Below, piece by piece: positions 8,950 through 19,191 of a stretch of 34,157 nucleotides of DNA (the stretch's first letter is position 1; every line of letters starts with the position of its first letter). Below the pieces are notes generated by a model, which was not told where the DNA came from, did not search any database, and saw only the letters and a list, made by a program, of their open reading frames with translations. The position numbers were made by a program, and so were the translations under genes. The DNA is from a virus (Duplodnaviria > Caudoviricetes): positions 1 through 34,157 of IMG/VR virus record IMGVR_UViG_3300044634_003870, one strand, 5' to 3'.

Positions 8950-10566
8950 ATGGCAGTACAGGTAAACATAAGGAAGACTATTTTACAATATAGAGATCCT
9001 GATATATTTCTAGATGAACTTGCTGTAGTTGACACGTCTACACAAAAGGGCGATTTAAATTTGAATGACCAAAAGGCAGGTAACGTGCAGAAAAAATATT
9101 TTGGTACTGATAAGCCATTAATTAGAATAAATTCTCAAATTATTGATGGGTTAAAATATTTTAGACTGGATCTAACTGGTTTTAAACCCACTGTGATGTT
9201 TAGATTTGAAACAATAGATGAAAGATTTATATCAACCGCTTTTCCTAAGGATGGTGATATAGTTTCTATCTATATAAGGCCATTTGGTGAAATGTTTAAG
9301 CCAGTTAGGATGGATTTTATAATAAACGAGGTTATATCCCCGTTTTCCAACGGACCTTATGATGATTATACACCGTCATCAGGTAAATACCAATCTTACA
9401 CTGTAATGGGAGAGGTCAGAATACCTAAGCTTTATAAGGATGTGTGTAAGGTTTTTAAAGGTAATAGTTCAGATGCTTTACTTAAAATAGCGGAGGATCT
9501 TAATCTAGGATATGCCTCTAACGAGACAAAGACCAATGACACAATGAATTGGATAGCTCCTAATATAGATTATCAGACGTTAATAAGACATGTTGTAAAC
9601 GGATCTTGGTTAGGCGAAGAGGATTATTTTGACTGCTGGATAGATCAATATTATAACATAAATTTTATAAACCTTAAAAAACAATTTGATGAAGTAAATC
9701 CCAATATAGAGACAATGAGGATGGCTTACGGTGCAGATTCTTTTGGAGATACTATGGCGGGAGGTACAGAAACAGCAGAAGTTGAATTTCCTTTATTACT
9801 AACAAACTCTACTCAATATAGCAAATCACCTCTTTTTATAAAGGATTTAGCAGTTGAGCAAAACGCGGGTACGATTAATAATGATTTGGGATATTTTCAA
9901 AAGGTTCAATTTTATGACAGTAAGCTTGTTTCAGATAAGCCTAAAAATAAGTTTGTCGAGTATGATATAGAATCAGTTACTAACAAGAACTTGGGATCTA
10001 GAGATAATATAAATAAAGGGCGTTTAGGGGAAGATTTGTATAAAGAAGAGATTAAAAAAACTTATGTAGGAACTCTATATTTCGAAAACGTACATGAAAA
10101 TTTTCAACAAGCATCCATACAGAATATACTAAATAGAAATGATAGCTATAAGATAATATTAAAAGTTAAAAATAGATCATGGACTCCTTTTCTTTACAGG
10201 GGACAAACTTTTCCTGTAGTAATTGTTTCTGAGGGAAGTTCAACGGTAAGCGCTTCTTCTAAATATAGTGCAGGAGGTGACCAAGCTTCTTCGTTATCGA
10301 CTCCAGGAGATAAAAGAATGATAAATGCTTTTTTATCTGGTAATTATGTTGTGCTTGGTTTTACTATAGAATATGACCAAACGAGTATATACCAGACAAT
10401 GGTCTTAGGTAAGAAACAATGGGCAATGAATCCTGGATTGGCTTCAGAACCTAATTCATTAAATCCTAAGATTTTTGATGCAGACTTTAACGATCTTGTC
10501 GATAATGCTTCTAGTATATTGCAAGAAAATACACAAAAACTAAAGAGTGATATTTACTCTAAATAA
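8950..10566 (+). CDS. Putative baseplate hub protein (gp27/late-control-D-like)
   Basis: Sits between the gp53-like gene and the gp5 spike. Shows a hub-like layout: 'LLKIAEDLNLGY', 'WIDQYYNINFINL' and a C-terminal 'LSGNYVVLGFTIEY'. Confidence 0.55.
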   Translation: MAVQVNIRKTILQYRDPDIFLDELAVVDTSTQKGDLNLNDQKAGNVQKKYFGTDKPLIRINSQIIDGLKYFRLDLTGFKPTVMFRFETIDERFISTAFPKDGDIVSIYIRPFGEMFKPVRMDFIINEVISPFSNGPYDDYTPSSGKYQSYTVMGEVRIPKLYKDVCKVFKGNSSDALLKIAEDLNLGYASNETKTNDTMNWIAPNIDYQTLIRHVVNGSWLGEEDYFDCWIDQYYNINFINLKKQFDEVNPNIETMRMAYGADSFGDTMAGGTETAEVEFPLLLTNSTQYSKSPLFIKDLAVEQNAGTINNDLGYFQKVQFYDSKLVSDKPKNKFVEYDIESVTNKNLGSRDNINKGRLGEDLYKEEIKKTYVGTLYFENVHENFQQASIQNILNRNDSYKIILKVKNRSWTPFLYRGQTFPVVIVSEGSSTVSASSKYSAGGDQASSLSTPGDKRMINAFLSGNYVVLGFTIEYDQTSIYQTMVLGKKQWAMNPGLASEPNSLNPKIFDADFNDLVDNASSILQENTQKLKSDIYSK

Positions 10567-10575
10567 TAAATAAAG

Positions 10576-13152
10576 ATGGCAGATTTTTTATCCGATTTTG
10601 GTGGATCACTAGGAGATAAAGTTTTACCTAATGGTGACGCTTTAAAAAGAAAAGTTGATTCACAAAGGGAAAACTGGCTAAGGGGGATTTCCTCTACTAA
10701 ATACGGTAAAAAAGAAGATCCCACATATTTACATTTCCGATTTATATTTGACTTCGCAGCAACAGCTGTTATAGACCCAGAAACTTTCTTAGCTCCTTCC
10801 CCTCTTTTTAGACCTATAGACGGATCGATAAGTAAAACTGACGAAGCAGAAGCTTCTGAAGGGAACAGATTATTATCTCTAGATCCTAATAGCGGAGCTA
10901 ATCCTTCAGATTTTGTAAATTCTGTACAGAACTCAGGAGCTGGTAATTTTTTTAGCACGGATGAGTTCTTTTATGGATCTAAAGCTAGAGTTGCTACAAG
11001 ATACGGTAGGGGATTTTACGATATGACAGAGGGAATTGCTTACATGGGAGCTCAGAATTTTTTATCCCAAAGATCCAAAAAGAGACAAGAAATGCTTAAC
11101 TCTTTTAGAACGGGATTAAGATTTATAAATCAAAATTGCCCATACTATTTTCAGTCACTTAGCGGGCTAGATCAGCTTCTAAAGGTTGATATTAAAAATT
11201 TTCACAAAAATGCTAGTAAGCCTCAAAGAGCAGGTACTCTCACTGTTGATTGTTTAGAATCTATAGATATGAGGATATTCGCTCTTTCTGAGCTTTATAG
11301 AAAAGCAATATATGACTACACATATCACAGAACAATGCTTCCTGAGAATCTCCGAAAGTTTAGAATGTGGATAGTTGTATCAGAGATTAGAAACATACAA
11401 TTAACATATGGCATAAATGATGTTTTAAATCCATTTTCAATTCCCTCTGTTGCGCAATCTGCTAATTTCTTAGACAGCTTTAATACACAAACTGGATTAT
11501 TAGATAACACTGAAGGTCTACTACAAAAAACAACCATCGGGAAAGCTAATGCTGACAAAGCAGGATCCTATGAATTGGGACCATATGCTTTCATTTATCA
11601 ATTAGATCAATGTGAGTTTGATTTTGACGATTCTTATCCTTCTTTTGCAACAATAGACAATAAAGGAGGATCTGCAGTAACGAACAAATTTAAGATACAT
11701 GTTGGTAAAATTAAAGACTATAAAATACAATTTAATGAACTTGCCGATGTAATAGGAAAAGTAGATAACATAAAGTCAATGGTGATTTCTGATATATGGG
11801 GATCAAAATCAGCAGACTATACTAAATATGATTATGAAGGTACTAGAGGAGTTGGAAACACGGTTCTCCCACAGGATGGAAACGCAGCGGAATTTTTTGC
11901 CGGGCTAGCTTCGGATTTTATAACGAACAGCGTGGCGGATTTAAAAGACCAAGGAGTTCAGATAGTTCAAGGTGCTCTTCTAGGAAACATATATGGATTG
12001 GGTGGACTTAACCCAGGAGCAGCAGGTAGAAGTGCGCAGTCTCTTATCAACACTTTAAAAGAGGGAATACCTAACCCTTTTAAGGATAACACACCACAAG
12101 GACAAGGACTAGGAGGACCTGGACAAAGACAATATCCCTCTATTAACGAGGATGCTTATACAGGAGTTCCTGGGGCATCCCAACAAAACCTTGGATCTGC
12201 TTATAATGGATCGTCTGGGGCAACAAATAATTTGAACGAGGACGTATATTCAAATAATCCTGGGTCTGATTTGGGATTACCTGATAGACAGTATCAACCT
12301 GCAAAAGGAGACGAGTATAAAAATGTACCGGGAGCTGATTCAGGAGTACCTGGTAGAGTTTACCCAGAAGTGATAAAAGAAGATGTTTACACGAGTAATC
12401 CAGGATCCGATGGAGCTTTACCAGATAGACAATATCCTACTGTCTCTGATGACGCTTATAATAATGTCCCTGGTCCAGATCTTGGTGTGCCTTCCAGAGT
12501 ATATCCAAATCTAGAAGATGATGCTTATACAAATAATCCCGGATCAGATCTTGGTTTACCTGACAGACAATATCCACCAAATACAGAAGATGCTTATACA
12601 GATACGCCATCACAGGAAACTGACCAAATAGGCTCTGTATATCCGGATATTGATAATGAGTATTCTTTAGTTAATGATAAAGAATACACAGAGAGTATAT
12701 CTGTGCCTGTGAATAATATAGGCGATGTATATTCAGATTCTGAAAATAAATATCCGGAGATTAATGATAAGGTTTATCAGCAGGATACTACAAATATAGA
12801 AACAGATTTAATAGGAGATGTGTACGACGAAACTAAAAACCAATATCCTCCAGTAAACGATAAAGTTTATGACCCAACGAAAGCACCTCAATCCGATTTT
12901 CTAGGCGAGGTTTATAGTAACACTCAAAGTAAGTATCCATCTGTAAATGAGGACCTATACCAAAACTCAGTAACTCCCGCTCCGGGAATAAACGATGACG
13001 TTTATAGGGGAGTACCTGGATCAGATCTGAGCACTCCTTTTAGAAATTATGAATCGTTAAATTCTAACGAGTACACTAGAAATCCGCAACAAATGGATGT
13101 TAAAACTATAGGAAGAGTATATCCTTCATCAAGGAATGAAAACAATCTATAA
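10576..13152 (+). CDS. Structural protein with a putative tube-fold N-terminal domain and a long Tyr/Pro/Asp-rich repeat tail
   Basis: Globular N-terminal half (LTVDCLESIDMRI...LPENLRKFRMWIVVSEIRN) in baseplate context; the last about 340 aa are tandem degenerate repeats. Confidence 0.55.
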   Translation: MADFLSDFGGSLGDKVLPNGDALKRKVDSQRENWLRGISSTKYGKKEDPTYLHFRFIFDFAATAVIDPETFLAPSPLFRPIDGSISKTDEAEASEGNRLLSLDPNSGANPSDFVNSVQNSGAGNFFSTDEFFYGSKARVATRYGRGFYDMTEGIAYMGAQNFLSQRSKKRQEMLNSFRTGLRFINQNCPYYFQSLSGLDQLLKVDIKNFHKNASKPQRAGTLTVDCLESIDMRIFALSELYRKAIYDYTYHRTMLPENLRKFRMWIVVSEIRNIQLTYGINDVLNPFSIPSVAQSANFLDSFNTQTGLLDNTEGLLQKTTIGKANADKAGSYELGPYAFIYQLDQCEFDFDDSYPSFATIDNKGGSAVTNKFKIHVGKIKDYKIQFNELADVIGKVDNIKSMVISDIWGSKSADYTKYDYEGTRGVGNTVLPQDGNAAEFFAGLASDFITNSVADLKDQGVQIVQGALLGNIYGLGGLNPGAAGRSAQSLINTLKEGIPNPFKDNTPQGQGLGGPGQRQYPSINEDAYTGVPGASQQNLGSAYNGSSGATNNLNEDVYSNNPGSDLGLPDRQYQPAKGDEYKNVPGADSGVPGRVYPEVIKEDVYTSNPGSDGALPDRQYPTVSDDAYNNVPGPDLGVPSRVYPNLEDDAYTNNPGSDLGLPDRQYPPNTEDAYTDTPSQETDQIGSVYPDIDNEYSLVNDKEYTESISVPVNNIGDVYSDSENKYPEINDKVYQQDTTNIETDLIGDVYDETKNQYPPVNDKVYDPTKAPQSDFLGEVYSNTQSKYPSVNEDLYQNSVTPAPGINDDVYRGVPGSDLSTPFRNYESLNSNEYTRNPQQMDVKTIGRVYPSSRNENNL
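12121..13131 (+). repeat. Coding tandem repeats with about 23-aa and about 30-aa units
   Basis: D(V/A)Y..NPGSD..LPDRQY at 12241, 12382 and 12520 alternates with VPG.D.GVP.RVYP; these are followed by DK.Y...(I/L)G(D/E)VY....YP..N units. Confidence 0.9.
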
Positions 13153-13166
13153 TATCTTGGTATAAT
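13138..13166 (+). promoter_or_regulatory. Putative bipartite promoter, GAAA-N19-TATAAT
   Basis: GAAA at 13138-13141 and TATAAT at 13161-13166, upstream of the ATG at 13172. Confidence 0.45.
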
Positions 13167-13171
13167 TTAAA

Positions 13172-14086
13172 ATGGGATTAGTAGATAGAAATAAATTAGA
13201 AAAGCCTAATATAGAGATCTCTCACTATTTAGGTGTGGTCATAGACAATAAGGATCCGGAGTTTAAAGGTAGAGCTAAGGTGAGAGTTTTTGGTGTCTTC
13301 GATGAACTAGAAGATGGTGATCTCCCATGGGCTTATCAAAGATTTGAGCAAAGCTACGGGCTTGGTGGAGGATCTGGTAGAATGTCTGTGCCTAAACTTG
13401 GCTCTGTTGTTCATGTGCAATTTAATAATGGAAACTATTATAGTCCAGAATATAAAGCAGCACAGGAATTGGCTCCAGATCTAATCGATGAGATAAGAGC
13501 TAGTTATGAAGGGGCGCACTCTATAATATACGACGGAATAGAAAGGCTTAAGATGTACTATACTGTTGAAAAGGGATTAGTTATAGACTTAAAAGAATCT
13601 AAGATTATAATAAGAAACGATAACTCCATACTTATTACACATGCGGATGACACTGCTTCTATAGAACTGAAGGGCGGAAAGATAACTAAGTATGCAGATC
13701 AGGAAATAGAAAACACCGCAATAACAAGAATCAAACACAGTTCTGAGGAAGTTTGGATGGATGGCAAAACAACTAATCTTGGACATTCTCCTCTTTTTTC
13801 TGCTGTTTGTGCAGAGCCATTATTTGACTTTCTTAAAAAATTGGCTATATCAGTAGATAGTAAAATGCCAGCTACACCAGGAGTTAATTCAACATTAGCT
13901 TCTAGCTTCGAACAATTAGCAACAAGTCAGACAGTTAGGGTAACAAGAGAAAATAGTCCAGATTTCCCTGTTGTTCCTGCTAATGCGGATTCTCCTGTTG
14001 GTATACCTAACACAGGTACATCAGGAACATCTGGTACTTCCGGAACATCTGGTACTTCCGGAACCAGTGGAATAACGGGAGTGTAA
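13172..14086 (+). CDS. Baseplate central spike, gp5/GpV-like (OB-fold plus short beta-helix, no lysozyme domain)
   Basis: YLGVVIDNKDPEFKGRAKVRVFG...LPWA...VPKLGSVVHVQFNNGN is a Gp5 N-terminal OB-fold signature, followed by short beta-strand repeats. Confidence 0.85.
   Translation: MGLVDRNKLEKPNIEISHYLGVVIDNKDPEFKGRAKVRVFGVFDELEDGDLPWAYQRFEQSYGLGGGSGRMSVPKLGSVVHVQFNNGNYYSPEYKAAQELAPDLIDEIRASYEGAHSIIYDGIERLKMYYTVEKGLVIDLKESKIIIRNDNSILITHADDTASIELKGGKITKYADQEIENTAITRIKHSSEEVWMDGKTTNLGHSPLFSAVCAEPLFDFLKKLAISVDSKMPATPGVNSTLASSFEQLATSQTVRVTRENSPDFPVVPANADSPVGIPNTGTSGTSGTSGTSGTSGTSGITGV
14015..14083 (+). repeat. (Gly-Thr-Ser)x6 plus GITGV, a Gly-X-Y repeat
   Basis: 9-nt periodicity, including an exact 18-bp tandem duplication GGAACATCTGGTACTTCC at 14024-14059. 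Confidence 0.95.
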
Positions 14087-14087
14087 T

Positions 14088-17000
14088 ATGGAAAGTATAG
14101 AATCTAGGATAGACAGTCTATTAGGGAAAGACTTTTCCAAAATGTCTACTGAGGAGATACTCAGTACTATATCAGGAGGGCAGAGCTTTAATATTCCCTA
14201 TGAAGATTTACAATCCAAGGAGGGATTTGAAAAGGAGCTAGATAAAAGTCAGAAGGAGGTAGATAACGTAATAAAAAGCTTAAGTCCGCAAAAGCCTCCC
14301 ATTCCTATGAATGAAATAGAGGATCTTGCCTGTAAATATGAGGGAGATGATCTCTACAGTCGAATTATAATAGAGACTATAAAAAGAGAAGATTCTAATT
14401 TATATAATGATCTTTTAAATTCTGATGAATACAAAAAAAATTCTCCTATATCTGAAAATGATTTAGGTGTTACTGTTAGTGGAGGTGATTTAGGATTTTC
14501 TAAAAAAATTCCCTCTGATGGAATAACAAAATATCTAAAGAGAAAGGATTCGAAGTTTCTTGAAAAAATAAACGAGAAGATATTTGATAATATGGACCCG
14601 TTGATATTAGGTAAGCCTTCTAACTCGGGATCTAGAAAAAAAAGAGCTCTTAACATTTTAGGATTTGAAATTCCTTTAGAGTTTATAATGAACGGAACTC
14701 AAATAGTTCACGTAAAAATAGGAGGTGACGAAATAGATCTAAACTCCGCTTTAGATAAAATAAATAGTATCTTAAAAAAGCAGAACGAGAATTCTAAGCC
14801 TTGTGATTTTGATGGAATAGACGAAAATACATCCTCTGAAAGAATTGATGGATTTGATGCTAATTTTTTTCCTGATGGGGATGATCCAATAGCAGATGAT
14901 GAGTGTTTACCAGGAATACCCGAAGATCCTATAACAGGAGATCCTATTCTAACTAAGAATAACTTTGATGAGTCGTTGGATGAATTTTGTGATCCACCGG
15001 TTTATGAATTTAAAAGAGACGAGGTACCGGATCCTGTACCTCCTACTGTTGATCCTAAAGATATAGATGCTTGTTTGTCATCTGCCTTAGATAAGAGCAA
15101 AAAACTAGAAGAAGATATTAAAGTACTAGCTAGATGGCAAATGATAGAAAGAAATCTAGAGGAGATACTATATCACTATGAGCCAATATACGAGTATCAG
15201 AAATCTCTAGCAGAAAACTGGAGGAATCGCGTTCCTGTAAACGAGGGAGGAGATCCATCAGATTTTGATATAGGAATTCAAATTTTGACATATAGAGATC
15301 AGTTAGAAGCATATAAAAAAGAGCTTAAAGATCAAACAACAAAATACGAGAATGATAAATCTTTGTTTTTACAAAACAATAATATATTTACCGAGGACTT
15401 ATTTATTCTTAGCGTTTATGACACGGAGCTTAGTTCTCCTGAGCTGGAAGTTCTTTTTAATAATCAGATAAATGCTAATAAATCGCCTATAACATATGAT
15501 GAATCCACACAATCGTGGCCAGTTTCCGGTGGGGTTTCTAAATTTATTGAGAATGTAGAAGACATAAGAAACATTATGATCGAGAGTAACTTTATTGATC
15601 TAATACAATCCAAAATAGATGATACACAATCTCTTCTAAACGCTTCTATTCAAACGCTTTCACAGAAAAGAGGAAGTCAAGTTACCATCGCCGATGTTGA
15701 AAAATCTTTCTTACCCTCCAGCACAGTTTCTTCAGATCTTTATGGGCAAGGCAACGACTCGTTGGATATAAACGATAGGGTTTTTAAAAGCCCAGCCCAG
15801 TTATTTCTGAGCACTGAATCTTATGCTTATGATTCATATGGATATGAATTCTTAGAAGCACTTAAGAAATTCTCCGTTAGATTTAATACAAATTTTAATA
15901 AACCCTTGGGTGAGTTAGAGTTTAAACTTTCTTTTGTTACTGACTACGGATCTCCTCTTCCATACAAGAAAGTAAAAAAACCTTCTAAGATAACCTTTAG
16001 CGGATCTAGTACAGAGCCATTAAAAGAAGCTAATGAACCGGATGAGGAGAAAATAAAAATAGGTAATGAGTATGCTGGCAACGGAGGATTGCTAAGTGTA
16101 TATTTACCAGAGTATTTAAGGTCTTATCAATTTATAAAGATTAATAACATTAAGACTGGCTTTCCTGATGTTGCAAAATTCTATGATTTTATAGAGAAAA
16201 TAATAAAAACTAGTGACTCAAAAGAAAGTATTGTAGAGAAAATTGTAGAGGACAGAGGAACATTATATGGACAGTTAATAGAGAAATCCTCCTCAACTTG
16301 GCTTTTCTTTAGCGCAGAAGAAAGAGGAGATAATGACTCTAGGGATCCTGCAAAAAGCAGACCCTCTAGTTTCACACAAGACGGAGAACCAACGCCGGTA
16401 TTTACTGATTTTTATAGTAATTTCAAAACTAAGTGGAACCAGAAATACCTACAAAACAAGCAGGCTTATATAACTCCCGCTCTTGAAGATTTAAAAACAA
16501 AAGCTAGAAGAGCAGGTGAAGGATTAGGAAAAACCCTACCGACTTCAGACGTTATAGGAATTAGAATATTTGAGAACTACTCTGACATAACTAAAAAATA
16601 TGAAAATTTAAAAGAAGCTTTGTTGCTTGCCTCTCAAAAAATCGCTGAGATTAGTGAATCAATTAGCCCAGAAAACATAGAGAAAAGATTTAGTGACATT
16701 AAATGTGCGGGAGCACAGTCACCACCCGATGCTGGGGATAAAGAGAACTGCCCACCTGTTTGTTGTGGAGAAGCGGGGTCTGATTTTAAAACTGATAATT
16801 TTTTACTATCTTCCCCACCAAGCTCAGATTGCCCAACGATGTTTCAAAGATGTTGGTGGAAGCAATTTTCTAAGGATCTAACCAAGGTTGGTATGTTGCC
16901 ATATCCTAATGGCCTTCCTCCAATTGAAGATCCTAAATATTTTTTAACCCCTGGACCAGCTGTTAGATTGGGTTTAAAATATTGGCCCGTAGGATATCTT

Positions 17001-19184
17001 CCGCCTGCTTTTATTCCTATACCTTTTCCGAATCCGATAGATGGTAATCCTTATATAAGGGTTCCCCTTCCAATGATATGGACTATAATTCCCCCTATTC
17101 TTATACCTCTTCCTTTTAATTTGGGAATGCTTGTGATATTTATACCTTTCATAGGAGGATTTATGCCTACTCCATTAGTTTATCTAAAAGAATTTATTAC
17201 TGGTAGTTCTTTATTTTTAACCGGAATTAGAGGACCTAGATTTATTCCAAGAAAATCTGACCCGGATACGAAAGATCCATTTGAAAAGATCAAGCAGATT
17301 CTATCTTTTGGTGTACCTGATAAGTTAATACCTCTTCCCGGATTTGGCCTGGATGATTTAGATTCTTCAGCTAGGGTTTTAACTGATATAAAAAGTAACT
17401 TAACTAAAATATTTGATAGTGTTCCCCCTCCTGGAAACATGCAGCAGGTAAGAGACATACAAGAAAAAGAAAGGGAGCTTAAAAGAAAAATAAGGGAAAA
17501 GGAAAAGGATTATAAAAAGAAGAGTGCTTTATTAGATGAGAATCCCCCAGATTTATCTGCTGAAGAGGAGCAATTAAAAGCTTTGGTTAATCAAAGAAAG
17601 GATGCACTAAAAACCACTATAAAAGATTATCTTAAAAAAAGTATACCAGATCCAAAGTCTATACATTTTCCTAAAGATAAGGACAAATTAAAGGTTGATA
17701 TACCAGGGATTGTGAAATCATTAAGAATCCTTAAAGAAATGAGAGCTAGCCTTGTCCCAGTGGACTGTCCTAGCTTTGTAAACTTTAAGGATGAAATGAG
17801 GGAGGTTCTAAAACTAATGAAAATAGTTTGTCCTCCTATTTATGCAATAGAAAATTTTCAGGTAGCTAATTCGAGTAAAATATTTTTAAGAAACAATAAG
17901 GACCCTAGATTGATGACGGATAATGAATTTAATATCCTAGTTAAAGAGATAAGAGGAGCTTCCCTTGTGATAGCTAAAGTGATTCTCTGGGGAAATAAAT
18001 TTTCTGTAATAAAAAAAGTCAGGGATGGATCATTCTCTTTGGTCGAAAAAAGTGAATTTGAAGGAGCTTTTAAATTCCCTGAAATAAAAATAACTAACTC
18101 TGCACCTAAAGCGCTCAACTTTGCTAGAAAAAAGAACCCCATTATAGAAGCTATGAAGTTTCGTATAATGGAAGGCATGGCTAACATAGAATATTCAAGG
18201 GAGGATTTTTCTAGATATGTTAGATATGACGGAGAAAATCCAATATTAGTTATAAGGGTAAAGGATTTAAAAATATTAGTTTCTAAAAAGATAGGATTAA
18301 GTAAGGCAGGTCCATTTGATCCAGTAAGACCATTAGATCAAGAAGAGCCTTTAATATCCAATTTTCCTTTTCCTAAGGGGCCTTTATCTTGCCTCAGTTC
18401 ACTTAATGGAGGATTTGGTAATGCTGTTGCTGCTTTTGAGCTACCCACAGTTTTTCCGCCCAAGCAAGATCAGTTAGGACAAATCCCTGGATTAGGTGGC
18501 ATCATTCAAGTTAGTATACCTGGGTCTGTTATAAAAGATTTTTTATCGGCTTCACTTGAAAAATCATTAGATGCTGGGATATTAGAAAAAACATTTCCAG
18601 AGATTGATGATGTAAATTCCCCGAAGTTTTTAAATATGGATCCTTCAGATATACAAAAAATGACTAAGAATTTAGTTACTGGAGCCATAGATCCTTCGTC
18701 TAAAGACGTACCGCCTTTTTTAAATGTGATTAAAACCCCAGTGATTCCTAAAGCAAGACCCACTGATATGATAGAGCAAGCTTTAATTGGTTTAGGAGCT
18801 CCTCCACCAGCTAGGATAGTTTATAGTTTGTTCTGGGCATATTTTAAGAGCTTACCTAAAACACCTCTGGCTGATTCTATTATGCTCACTAAAGTAACTG
18901 CTTCCGCTGAAATTTTATCTAAGATCCCTTGGCCTCTTGCAGTACTAATAGGTAGGAATATATTAAACATTATAAACCCAATAGCAATGAATGATGACCA
19001 TCCAGTTTGGAGAAGAATGAGTTTAAAGAATACATACTATGTTGTTTACTTGGATGAATTCCTAAGGAGCGCAGCGGATGTGTCGGGACTTTTTAAATTT
19101 TTCTTAGGCTCAGCAGATCCTGTGTATCCAATACCAGAATTACCAACTGAACTAAAAGAAACTAAAAATGTAAAAAAATACTAA
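14088..19184 (+). CDS. Very large hypothetical protein (1698 aa), probably virion-associated
   Basis: Uninterrupted 5.1-kb ORF starting 1 nt after the spike stop. Contains coiled-coil-like stretches, a Cys cluster and a Pro-rich hydrophobic segment. Confidence 0.8.
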   Translation: MESIESRIDSLLGKDFSKMSTEEILSTISGGQSFNIPYEDLQSKEGFEKELDKSQKEVDNVIKSLSPQKPPIPMNEIEDLACKYEGDDLYSRIIIETIKREDSNLYNDLLNSDEYKKNSPISENDLGVTVSGGDLGFSKKIPSDGITKYLKRKDSKFLEKINEKIFDNMDPLILGKPSNSGSRKKRALNILGFEIPLEFIMNGTQIVHVKIGGDEIDLNSALDKINSILKKQNENSKPCDFDGIDENTSSERIDGFDANFFPDGDDPIADDECLPGIPEDPITGDPILTKNNFDESLDEFCDPPVYEFKRDEVPDPVPPTVDPKDIDACLSSALDKSKKLEEDIKVLARWQMIERNLEEILYHYEPIYEYQKSLAENWRNRVPVNEGGDPSDFDIGIQILTYRDQLEAYKKELKDQTTKYENDKSLFLQNNNIFTEDLFILSVYDTELSSPELEVLFNNQINANKSPITYDESTQSWPVSGGVSKFIENVEDIRNIMIESNFIDLIQSKIDDTQSLLNASIQTLSQKRGSQVTIADVEKSFLPSSTVSSDLYGQGNDSLDINDRVFKSPAQLFLSTESYAYDSYGYEFLEALKKFSVRFNTNFNKPLGELEFKLSFVTDYGSPLPYKKVKKPSKITFSGSSTEPLKEANEPDEEKIKIGNEYAGNGGLLSVYLPEYLRSYQFIKINNIKTGFPDVAKFYDFIEKIIKTSDSKESIVEKIVEDRGTLYGQLIEKSSSTWLFFSAEERGDNDSRDPAKSRPSSFTQDGEPTPVFTDFYSNFKTKWNQKYLQNKQAYITPALEDLKTKARRAGEGLGKTLPTSDVIGIRIFENYSDITKKYENLKEALLLASQKIAEISESISPENIEKRFSDIKCAGAQSPPDAGDKENCPPVCCGEAGSDFKTDNFLLSSPPSSDCPTMFQRCWWKQFSKDLTKVGMLPYPNGLPPIEDPKYFLTPGPAVRLGLKYWPVGYLPPAFIPIPFPNPIDGNPYIRVPLPMIWTIIPPILIPLPFNLGMLVIFIPFIGGFMPTPLVYLKEFITGSSLFLTGIRGPRFIPRKSDPDTKDPFEKIKQILSFGVPDKLIPLPGFGLDDLDSSARVLTDIKSNLTKIFDSVPPPGNMQQVRDIQEKERELKRKIREKEKDYKKKSALLDENPPDLSAEEEQLKALVNQRKDALKTTIKDYLKKSIPDPKSIHFPKDKDKLKVDIPGIVKSLRILKEMRASLVPVDCPSFVNFKDEMREVLKLMKIVCPPIYAIENFQVANSSKIFLRNNKDPRLMTDNEFNILVKEIRGASLVIAKVILWGNKFSVIKKVRDGSFSLVEKSEFEGAFKFPEIKITNSAPKALNFARKKNPIIEAMKFRIMEGMANIEYSREDFSRYVRYDGENPILVIRVKDLKILVSKKIGLSKAGPFDPVRPLDQEEPLISNFPFPKGPLSCLSSLNGGFGNAVAAFELPTVFPPKQDQLGQIPGLGGIIQVSIPGSVIKDFLSASLEKSLDAGILEKTFPEIDDVNSPKFLNMDPSDIQKMTKNLVTGAIDPSSKDVPPFLNVIKTPVIPKARPTDMIEQALIGLGAPPPARIVYSLFWAYFKSLPKTPLADSIMLTKVTASAEILSKIPWPLAVLIGRNILNIINPIAMNDDHPVWRRMSLKNTYYVVYLDEFLRSAADVSGLFKFFLGSADPVYPIPELPTELKETKNVKKY

Positions 19185-19191
19185 TTTCTTG

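Noticed and set aside
12241-12600. CRISPR-like array in the repeated region
   Set aside because: The repeats are in frame, differ at synonymous positions and have no identical DNA repeat with unique spacers. They are protein repeats.
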